Origin: Thermoplasmatota archaeon
GTDB taxonomy: Archaea > Thermoplasmatota > JAKEGO01
Length of the DNA stretch: 55,371 bases
NCBI GenBank assembly: GCA_028279595.1
Contig: JANQNK010000015.1
Location: 1 to 55,371 of the forward strand
Direction of reading: 5' to 3'
The notes under the pieces are model-generated. The model was given only the letters and a program-made list of their open reading frames with translations. It was not told where the DNA came from and made no database searches. The translations under genes were made by a program, and so were the position numbers. Of the stretch, positions 9,525 to 18,107 are shown one piece after another. Position 1 is the stretch's first letter. The number at the start of each line of letters is the position of its first letter.

Positions 9525-9968
9525 ATGCAATTGGACTTTGAAGAGAAGTTGTTTAGAGAACAAAGTTTGAGTAATCAAATACAAACAAAAAAGCAAGAGA
9601 GTCAAACAGCAATCGCTTGTGAAACGATGCGACAAGAAACAGAAAAAATAAGACTAGAAATCGAGAAGGAAAAATTACTACAGGAAAGGGATAAATTTAA
9701 ACTTGAGCTGACTAAAAGTAAATTAGATTCATTTCCTATGACAATATTAGGGCGGATATTAATGGTTTTAGGTGTTGGAATGATTACTTCTTCAATAGCA
9801 TTATCGGGGGTGGTTTCTCAATTTAATAGTAATCTTGTTCAGGTAATTTTTATTGCTGCCGTGGTTATTCTTATTGGAACTCTTGTCTTTTTAAAAGGGT
9901 ATTTTATGATGAATCGCGATGAGACTGAACTTAAGGAGATGTATAAGAAGAAAATGAAAAAATTCTAA
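9525..9968 (+). CDS. Hypothetical coiled-coil plus 2-TM membrane protein
   Basis: SD GGAGGT, an E/K/Q-rich N-terminal half and two hydrophobic helices. Confidence 0.7.
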   Translation: MQLDFEEKLFREQSLSNQIQTKKQESQTAIACETMRQETEKIRLEIEKEKLLQERDKFKLELTKSKLDSFPMTILGRILMVLGVGMITSSIALSGVVSQFNSNLVQVIFIAAVVILIGTLVFLKGYFMMNRDETELKEMYKKKMKKF

Positions 9969-10116
9969 ATTAGATGTCGATTAATCGAAGTTATACAATG
10001 ATCAAATAATTTCTATTATCGAAAATACATTCCGGGATGACCATTTGTAGATATGGAACTTTCACTACCTTTACAGTACAAACAGAATCTCATATGGATG
10101 GGATTCTCTGCTCCCA

Positions 10117-10923
10117 TTGTTCATACTCACTAGAATAGTGAAGAATAGCACGTATGTATTTATACATTTTATTCTATTGATTAATGTGCCATCAGATATT
10201 GAAATTAAAAAGATGCTACCATCATGCAATATAAACAAAGGAATGATTAGGGAAATTGAGAGTTTATTAAATGATAAAATTCAAGACGAGATAATTGGAG
10301 ATAGAAATCCTGAAAGATTAAATATCTCACAAAGTATATACATATACGATAATTTTGGCACTGAAGAAATGGATAGCATAGATGATTATTCATTATTACG
10401 CTTTTCAGACAATACTAGATCAATTAGTATTCATTACGAAATATGGGATAGTGATCAATCGTTATTTCTCGGGACAATTAAAATTCATTTTAGTACGTGG
10501 AAATCAGGTACATATGTAGATATTCGATGTTATTCAGAGAGACCACGCCGGAAAGCCAGCAACATATTCCAGATGATAAAAGAATTAACTGAAAAACATC
10601 GAAATGATCATTATAGATGGCACGAGGATACTGATTCTGGATCTGTAGTGTGGTTCTTAGCCTATGTCTCCTTTTTACTTTCAATAATCCTGTTGATAAA
10701 TCGTTCGTATGTTTTAGGAATTTTATTCATTCTTATAGCTGTTACCTATTATTTGTTCCAACGGAATGGTAAGCAATTACATCCATACTCAATGTTTGAT
10801 AATCCAATTAATCACGAGAAATTAAAATTACACGAGATCAGAAGACAAATTGAAATTGGAATTATTTTTTGTCTACTTGGAATAATTGGCGCGGTAATCA
10901 TTATGGAATTCGTTTATAGTTAA
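10117..10923 (+). CDS. Hypothetical membrane protein (about 3 C-terminal TM helices); start uncertain
   Basis: 268-aa AT-rich ORF with hydrophobic segments near the C-terminus. The real start may be a downstream GTG or ATG. Confidence 0.6.
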   Translation: MFILTRIVKNSTYVFIHFILLINVPSDIEIKKMLPSCNINKGMIREIESLLNDKIQDEIIGDRNPERLNISQSIYIYDNFGTEEMDSIDDYSLLRFSDNTRSISIHYEIWDSDQSLFLGTIKIHFSTWKSGTYVDIRCYSERPRRKASNIFQMIKELTEKHRNDHYRWHEDTDSGSVVWFLAYVSFLLSIILLINRSYVLGILFILIAVTYYLFQRNGKQLHPYSMFDNPINHEKLKLHEIRRQIEIGIIFCLLGIIGAVIIMEFVYS

Positions 10924-11066
10924 AAATCCTAATTTGAGATTAATTAGTTTTTACCACAGACACCTTATATAATGTACGCAAGATTGCGGTTATATAAATG
11001 ATTAGGTATAATCAGATATTCCCCAATCCTCTTAAAGACATGCAATAATCATGGTTTGGTGATGAA

Positions 11067-12938
11067 ATCCGGCTCTACTCTGGTTCTACAGAACAGTTGA
11101 TAGCTGATACAGTTCAAAATCAAATCGCTGATAAACTGAAATCATCTTTCTTTCATCATTTTAGATATTATCCATCTCCCTCAGAGATCAATTCATGGAG
11201 AAATTCAATACGTGCAATTTCAATGGTATTTCGAGAAGCTGAATTAACTGACCACGGTGTCATTCTTGAGCAACAACTTCCACTTACATCAAAAAGGCTC
11301 GACTGTCTCATTTGCGGTCGAGATAGTGATCAATCTGATTATGCTATAATTATTGAATTGAAACAATGGGAACGATGTAAATCAGCAATGGGTGATAATG
11401 AAGTTCTAACGTTCATTGGCGGTGGGGAACGGGAAGTTCTTCATCCATCGGCTCAAGTTGGTCAGTATCAGATGTACCTCGAGGATACTCATACTGCATT
11501 CTATGAAGGTAACTCTCCAGTCCAGCTCAAGTCTTGTAGTTACTTACATAATTACCAACGTTTTGGTGCTGATCACCTCTTTGATCCGAAATTTGATGCA
11601 ATTCTCGAACGATTCCCATTGTTTACCGGTGATGACGTTCCAAGATTGATGAGTTATCTCAGATCAAGCCTTGATTCAGGGGCTGGATTAGAGGTTCTGA
11701 AACGAATCGAAGAAAGTAAATATCGTCCAAGTAAAAAGCTGATGGACCATGTTGGTCAGATAATTAAAGGAAATCCTGAGTATATTCTGATAGATGAGCA
11801 GCTTGTCGTATACGATAAGGTCCTATCAATTGCACGGAGCGGTTTTCACGATAGAAAAAAATCTGTTCTAATAATCAAAGGAGGCCCTGGGACCGGGAAA
11901 TCAGTAATCGCTATCAATCTTATGGCCGATCTTTTACTCAAGGGTTATAATGCTCATTATGCAACTGGATCTCGTGCGTTCACTCAAACGCTCCGAAAAA
12001 TAATCGGAACCCGGGGTGCGGTTCAATTCAAGTATTTCAACAGCTACAAGGATGCTGATTATAATTCTGTAGATGTCCTGATTTCGGATGAAGCTCATAG
12101 AATTCGAGAATTCAGTCATAGTAGATTCACAAAGAAGAAGGACCGAACGAATGTACCACAGATACAGGAATTAATCGACGCAGCAAAAGTATCTGTTTTC
12201 TTCATTGATGATAAGCAGATCGTCCGTCCAAATGAAATTGGTTCGGTAGATTTGATACGAGAGTATGCCGAGAAGAATGAATGCGAATTATCAGAATATC
12301 AGCTGGAAGCACAATTTCGATGTGCTGGATCCGACGCATTCGTGAACTGGATTAACAACACACTGGGAATAGAAAGAACAGCAAACGTATTATGGGATTC
12401 AGCTGATGAATTTGAGTTTAAGATTTTCGATTCACCACTCGATCTTGAAAATGCAATCATGGAGAAGCATAATCAGAATTTCACAGCCCGTATGTCAGCT
12501 GGTTTCTGTTGGAAATGGTCGACAAAAGCAAAACCTGATGGAACTCTTCAAGATGATATCGTCATTGGAGATTATAAACGACCATGGGATGCTCGTCCTG
12601 AAACAAAGGGTTTGAATCTGAATATTCCTCCTGCAGACCTGTGGGCATATGATCCGAATGGGATCAATCAAATCTGATGTGTCTATACAGCTCAAGGATT
12701 TGAGTTTGACTATATTGGAGTGATATGGGGTCTAGATCTCCAGTATAACTTTAAGACACAAACATGGGAAGGTCATAAAAATGAATCTCATGATACGATG
12801 GTAAAACGTAGCAAGGATAAGTTTACTGACCTAGTTAAGAACACATATCGGGTTCTCCTCAGTCGAGGATTAAAAGGCTGCTATGTACATTTTCTTGATG
12901 AAGATACCGAGAAGTTTATCAGAACCAGGATAGAATGA
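11067..12938 (+). pseudogene. DUF2075-family (Schlafen-group-like) nuclease-helicase, interrupted by an in-frame TGA
   Basis: RLDCLICG...IIIELKQW nuclease-like motif, HPSAQV, Walker A GGPGTGKS, DEAHR and QFRCAGS. TGA at 12675-12677 sits in frame within NQI*CVYTAQGFEFDYIGVIWG. The reading frame continues upstream of 11097 to ATC-RLYSGS at 11067, behind SD GGTGA. Confidence 0.8.
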
Positions 12939-12947
12939 TAATAAAAT

Positions 12948-13292
12948 TCATCGACGATTATACTTAGTTGCATTACCTTTGGACAGCGCTATGGGATACT
13001 TTACTTCATTCAATTGAAGTTTCTCTTCAACTGCCATCTCGATGTCGATATCAAGTTTGTCTGATAACCTGAGTAAGTATATCATTATGTCACCCAGTTC
13101 TTGAGTCACATGGGACATATCCTCCTCTGAGAGATTAGTGGACTGCTCTGCGGTTAACCACTGAAATAACTCAAGAAGCTCTCCAGCTTCTCCGGATAAT
13201 GCCATTGCAAGATTTTTAGGTGTATGGAATTGATCCCAATCGCGACTCTTTGCGAACTCATCGAGTTTCTGCTGATAATGATTTAAGTCCAT
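12948..13292 (-). CDS. MazG-like nucleotide pyrophosphohydrolase (dCTP pyrophosphatase / RS21-C6 type)
   Basis: RDWDQFHTPKNLAMALSGEAGELLELFQW...ELGDIMIYLLRL...KYP. Confidence 0.9.
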   Translation of the reverse strand: MDLNHYQQKLDEFAKSRDWDQFHTPKNLAMALSGEAGELLELFQWLTAEQSTNLSEEDMSHVTQELGDIMIYLLRLSDKLDIDIEMAVEEKLQLNEVKYPIALSKGNATKYNRR

Positions 13293-13329
13293 ATATGTCC
13301 CATTATTATAACGACACATCTACAAAGAT

Positions 13330-14217
13330 TTATCGTTCAAAGCCATGAATTCTACGATGTTCTCGTAGATAGAGTGGATCAGGTTGATATCTTTCGTCAT
13401 CATTTTTCCTTAACTTATTTCCCTCAAATCGAGTAATTTCGTCATAATTCGGGTCACCACGAATCCAATCTTTAATGATTATTGATAGGTCATCTTTAAT
13501 GGCGAAGAGCCCGCCATCAAGGGCCCAATGATGAAGTCTACATAGAGCAATCCCGTTGCGTAAATCATCAGCGCCATTCTTTGATTTCGGATATATGTGA
13601 GCTGATTCTACTTCTGGATGACCCGCATTAGTAAATCGAGATATACCACATACAGCACATTGGTTTTGGTAAATTTCCTTGATCCCTCGCCCGAATGCAT
13701 AGCTTCTTGCTTTTCTCTTGGAAGACGTCATTGCCGACGGTTCTTCAAGAATTGGGGGAGTATCATCATGCATTAATTGCTCGTATTGCTGATAACTTTC
13801 ATCTGGACTTAATGCATCGAACTTTAAAGCGAACTCGTACACCATGAATTGATCTTTTCTCACATATTCCCAATTAAGTACAGTTAAAATTCCGAGGTAT
13901 TTATAGAAACCACCTTTATCATCTTCTCTAAATCCAAATATCGGTGTGCTCCGCTCATTCGCTAACATTAGACCACGATTGGCTGCCGTTTCAATTTGAT
14001 CCTTGTTTTGACCTTCACCGTCGTAATAAAGAATATCACCTTCAATGCGATCAGAATATGGTCCATGTGCTCGGGAGAAAAGGATAATATATTGAGTTCC
14101 GTCCGACCATCGTCTTTGTGTTATTCCCTTTATTCTACTTCCGAATTGTGTCTTGAATATATTCTCAATATCATCTTTATTGTATTCGGATCCAACTGAT
14201 AAATCCACTTGAATCAT
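13330..14217 (-). CDS. SRA/YDG-like domain plus HNH endonuclease (putative modification-dependent, Type IV restriction enzyme)
   Basis: N-terminal YSDRIEGDILYYDGEGQNKDQ...ANRGL (SRA-like). C-terminal CAVCG...ESAHIYP...DDLRNGIALCRLHHWALDGG (HNH). Confidence 0.75.
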   Translation of the reverse strand: MIQVDLSVGSEYNKDDIENIFKTQFGSRIKGITQRRWSDGTQYIILFSRAHGPYSDRIEGDILYYDGEGQNKDQIETAANRGLMLANERSTPIFGFREDDKGGFYKYLGILTVLNWEYVRKDQFMVYEFALKFDALSPDESYQQYEQLMHDDTPPILEEPSAMTSSKRKARSYAFGRGIKEIYQNQCAVCGISRFTNAGHPEVESAHIYPKSKNGADDLRNGIALCRLHHWALDGGLFAIKDDLSIIIKDWIRGDPNYDEITRFEGNKLRKNDDERYQPDPLYLREHRRIHGFER

Positions 14218-14317
14218 TTAATCCCCGTCATATAGTATTCCGCCTTGATATGTAATTATTGGTCAATAATTATCACAGTGGCGCAACCTATTTATAAAAT
14301 CATTAAAATCGAAGTAT

Positions 14318-16363
14318 ATGTCCATTATCAATGCTCAGTTGTCTGCTGTCGCAGTGGCATTCATCATGCTCATGACAGTCCCGACCATCGCTGGGATCGA
14401 TATGAACTCATCCGAGATCGGATCAGATATCCAATCCGATGACCGAACCTGGACCTCCGAAATCCCTCTCCAAACACCGAAACCAGCACCCACAACCCAA
14501 CCCTGGTGGGAACGCACCTCCCGCGACTCTAACCGCAACAGCATCGTCGACTCACTCGAATCCCTCACGGATGACACCGAGGAACCGCTCATCATCTCCT
14601 ACTCACGAAAAATTACACCGACCGACCTCGATTCCCTCGCGGAGCTGGGGATCGAGGGAGGCTACATAGTCAAATCAATTGACGCAATCAGCGTCGGACT
14701 CAGACCTATCTCAATCATCCCTCAACTGACAAACCTCGACGGAGTAGTAATGATAGAACGCTCCGGTATGGTCCATCTCTACTCCGACGTGGCCACAAGG
14801 AATCTCAAAGCACGTGGCTCGGAAGAATACTCACCGTACAGCGCCTGGGAACAGTTCAACTACACCGGTTACGGCATCAACGTCGCCGTCACCGACACGG
14901 GCATTGACGACATGCACCCGTCACTAGAATACAAACAGGTAGCAGGATACGACGCAGTCGCACCCGAATCCAACGAGGACGGCACCACGGATCCCGACGA
15001 CAGGAACGGTCACGGTACGTCCTGTTCCGGGATGGCAACGGGTACCAGCAAGGGAGATCCGGACCTCGCCTACATGGGTTCTGCACCCGGAGCCACCCTC
15101 GTCGACGTACAGATAGGAACGGATATCGGCGCAGGTCCCTTCGAGAACTATCTGCTTCCGACGACCTACTACGATTCCGCCCTGCGCGGGATGGAATGGG
15201 TCCGTGACAATGCCGACACGGAATGGAGCTGGGTCGAGGAGGAGCACTACGGTATCGATATTCAGTCGCTCTCATGGGGCATCACCTCTCACGAGGACGG
15301 CGGTTCCGACGGTTCGGACCCGTTCTCCCGGCTCATAGATGAGATAGTCGAGGAGGGCGTCGTGTGCGTCGGAGCTGCCGGCAACGACGGTCCGAACAAC
15401 GACGGGTTCTCGGGCATGTCCGCAACGAGCGAGGGCATCGTCGTCGGCGCGACCGACGACCTGAACACGGTCACCAGGGACGACGACATCATTGCGGGAT
15501 ACTCGAGCCGGGGTCCGCGCAGGGACGACGGCGACGGCTACCCCTACGACGAGCTCAAGCCCGACGTTTCAGCTCCTGGAACTTCGATCTGGAACACTGA
15601 ACCGTGCGTCGATTCCAACCTCTGCTACGGTGACGCGGAAGGCAATGGTTACGAGAACAGGGGCTCCGGCACGTCCTATGCGACCCCCGCTGCCGCGGGC
15701 GTCGTGGCGTTGATGATGGAGGCGAACCCTGAGCTGGAACCGGCCCACATCAAGCAGATCCTTCACATGACGTCTGAAAGGCGTGGTGAAGCCACCCTTC
15801 CGGACATAGATCCGTTCTGGAACAGGGACTTCGGCTACGGGATAGTGGACGCCTACGAGGCGGTGAAGGTCTCCGTGGAGCTCCAGGGACAGGACCTCCG
15901 GTCGTTGGACGTCGAACTGCAGGCCTACATCGTGAACATAACCGAGACGAAGAAGGGCGCCGTGATCGAGGGACTGGCGTGGGCGAAGGTCGACGAAGTG
16001 GAGATGATCGAAGTCAGTATCGACGGGAAGGACTGGGTCGAGGTGGAGTACGCGGAGGACACATACGGCACCGGCGAGTTCATCGACTGGCGCTACGAGG
16101 TCAAGAAGTCCAAGCTCGGATTCACCGGGAACCACACGGTCCACGTCCGCGCGGTCAACGGTAACGATCACTCGATACCTCACTCTGAGGACTTCTACGC
16201 GAAGGGAAGCAGCGGAAGCGGGGAGGACGATGGTGACGGACTCCTCGGACTCGGTTCCGGGTCAGATTCGATCCTCGGATTGCTGATCGGCGTTGTGATT
16301 CTCGTCGGGGTCTTCTATTTCGTCTACAAGAAGCCGAAGAAGACGACACAGAACGGCCAGTGA
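14318..16363 (+). CDS. Secreted, C-terminally membrane-anchored S8 (subtilisin-like) serine protease
   Basis: Signal peptide; catalytic motifs VAVTDTGID, HGTSCSG, AAGNDG, KPDVSAPG and GTSYATP; Ig-like domain; TM helix followed by KKPKK. Confidence 0.92.
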   Translation: MSIINAQLSAVAVAFIMLMTVPTIAGIDMNSSEIGSDIQSDDRTWTSEIPLQTPKPAPTTQPWWERTSRDSNRNSIVDSLESLTDDTEEPLIISYSRKITPTDLDSLAELGIEGGYIVKSIDAISVGLRPISIIPQLTNLDGVVMIERSGMVHLYSDVATRNLKARGSEEYSPYSAWEQFNYTGYGINVAVTDTGIDDMHPSLEYKQVAGYDAVAPESNEDGTTDPDDRNGHGTSCSGMATGTSKGDPDLAYMGSAPGATLVDVQIGTDIGAGPFENYLLPTTYYDSALRGMEWVRDNADTEWSWVEEEHYGIDIQSLSWGITSHEDGGSDGSDPFSRLIDEIVEEGVVCVGAAGNDGPNNDGFSGMSATSEGIVVGATDDLNTVTRDDDIIAGYSSRGPRRDDGDGYPYDELKPDVSAPGTSIWNTEPCVDSNLCYGDAEGNGYENRGSGTSYATPAAAGVVALMMEANPELEPAHIKQILHMTSERRGEATLPDIDPFWNRDFGYGIVDAYEAVKVSVELQGQDLRSLDVELQAYIVNITETKKGAVIEGLAWAKVDEVEMIEVSIDGKDWVEVEYAEDTYGTGEFIDWRYEVKKSKLGFTGNHTVHVRAVNGNDHSIPHSEDFYAKGSSGSGEDDGDGLLGLGSGSDSILGLLIGVVILVGVFYFVYKKPKKTTQNGQ

Positions 16364-16419
16364 GGTCCGACCCAGAATCCATTTATAAGCGTACCATGAT
16401 GTCAGCGACGGTGCTGTTG

Positions 16420-18033
16420 ATGAAGATGGTCCCTTTCATGCTGATGCTCGTTGTAATGGCTGTCATGTCGATATCCCTGAGGGGTGCTGATGGGGTCGTC
16501 GTCGATGACGATGGAGGGTCCTGGGCGGATTACACATCGATCCAGGAGGCCATCAATGCGTCGTCCAACGGCGACACGATCGTCGTTTACAACGGGACCT
16601 ACTACGAGAACGTGACCGTCAACCGTATCGTGAACCTGACCGGGAACGGGTCATCCGACACCATAATCGACGGACAGGACACCGAAGACGTCGTCCGGAC
16701 GGTCGTCAACTGGGTCAACATCTCGGGATTCCTCGTCCGGAACGCAGATGGTCAATCGGCTGTGAATGTCGGAGGAAAGAACACAGCCATCGACAACTGC
16801 ACCATCGAGATGGCGGACATTGGAGTGGACGCTCGATGGGCGGAATCCCTAACCTGCGACAACCTCACTGTATCGGACTGTACCAGGGGCATCTATCTCG
16901 CCTACTCACATGAATCGACCGTCAAATGGTCCGAATTATCGGATTGCTCGAGGTCGGGCATCGACACCATCAACAGTCACACGCTGGACCTGAACAACCT
17001 GTCGTTGCTCGGCTGCGGTCTGTCGCTAGACGACCAGAACGTCGACACGCACGTCATCGACAACTGCACGGTGAACGGACAACCGGTGCACTACTACGTG
17101 CTCGTTGACGATCTGGTCCTGGATGGCCTCGAAGGCGACCTGATAGTCGGATCCTGCGACAACATCGTCGTATCCAACTTCACCAGCTCGAACTCGTCGA
17201 CCGGGCTGAGCCTTGCCCAGGTCAACGGGTTCACTTTAAGCAACTCCTACTTCAATGGTCATTACAGGTCGATACTGGTCGAGGGTTCGACGGGGTCGAT
17301 CTCCAACGTCACCATAGAGAACTCGACCTCTGACTACATTGCCCTCTACACATGGCATGTGGACATCGATGATGTCCATCTTTCAGGCCTAGGTCCCGGC
17401 GAAGGCATCTACTTCGGAAGCCAGTGCCACAACATCACGGTGACCAACAGCACGATCGATCATCTCAGCACGGGGATACGGATCAGGGGCGAGAACATCA
17501 CGGTCGACAACGTCACCGCATATGGTCCCGTCTGCGTGTGGGCCGACGGCCTCCGGTACTCGGCCTTCAACAACTGTTCCTTTGAAGGTTCGGGCCTTTA
17601 CATCTATGATAGCCACAATATCACGGTAACGAATTGCAGCATGTACGACGGATCGAAAGGCGTTTACATCGACGATACAAACCACGTGACCGTGACCTAC
17701 TGCGAGATCTTCGACCACTCGAACTTCTGCATTCAGCTCGCGGGCGACTCGCGCGACAACCTCTTCCATCACAACAACATCGCCGACGGTGTCGTAGCCA
17801 ACGCGTACGACGATACTGGCGACAACACGTGGGACGATGGGATATCCGAGGGAAATTGGTGGGATGACTGGAACGGCAGCGGACCCTATACGGTCGACGG
17901 AGGAGCCGAGGACGCATATCCTCTTTCCGACCCGGTCGAGACCACAGCCCCCGAGAAGGTTCCCGAGTTCGGGCTCCTCCTGACGGTAACGATGATCCTC
18001 GCGCTGATGGTGATTATCCGCAGGAGACGATAG
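16420..18033 (+). CDS. Parallel beta-helix (NosD/CASH-like) surface protein, PEF-CTERM type, array copy 1
   Basis: Signal peptide, VVDDDGGSWADY..IQEAI N-cap, PbH1-like coils, HHNN..WDDG..EGNWW C-cap, and APEKVPEF-TM-RRRR. Start taken at the ATG after the GGTG SD. Confidence 0.88.
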   Translation: MKMVPFMLMLVVMAVMSISLRGADGVVVDDDGGSWADYTSIQEAINASSNGDTIVVYNGTYYENVTVNRIVNLTGNGSSDTIIDGQDTEDVVRTVVNWVNISGFLVRNADGQSAVNVGGKNTAIDNCTIEMADIGVDARWAESLTCDNLTVSDCTRGIYLAYSHESTVKWSELSDCSRSGIDTINSHTLDLNNLSLLGCGLSLDDQNVDTHVIDNCTVNGQPVHYYVLVDDLVLDGLEGDLIVGSCDNIVVSNFTSSNSSTGLSLAQVNGFTLSNSYFNGHYRSILVEGSTGSISNVTIENSTSDYIALYTWHVDIDDVHLSGLGPGEGIYFGSQCHNITVTNSTIDHLSTGIRIRGENITVDNVTAYGPVCVWADGLRYSAFNNCSFEGSGLYIYDSHNITVTNCSMYDGSKGVYIDDTNHVTVTYCEIFDHSNFCIQLAGDSRDNLFHHNNIADGVVANAYDDTGDNTWDDGISEGNWWDDWNGSGPYTVDGGAEDAYPLSDPVETTAPEKVPEFGLLLTVTMILALMVIIRRRR

Positions 18034-18107
18034 AACTCTCGCATCCGGCGTAACGCCTATTGGAAATCACTAAATAACAACATCGGTATCAACTCCCGGT
18101 GCGACGA

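Noticed and set aside
8888-11060. Integron-like cassette array of orphan genes
   Set aside because: No recurring attC-like inverted repeats in the spacers and no integrase.
12675-12677. Selenocysteine or genome-wide TGA recoding
   Set aside because: The position corresponds to Gly, not Cys, and TGA terminates many intact genes in this window.
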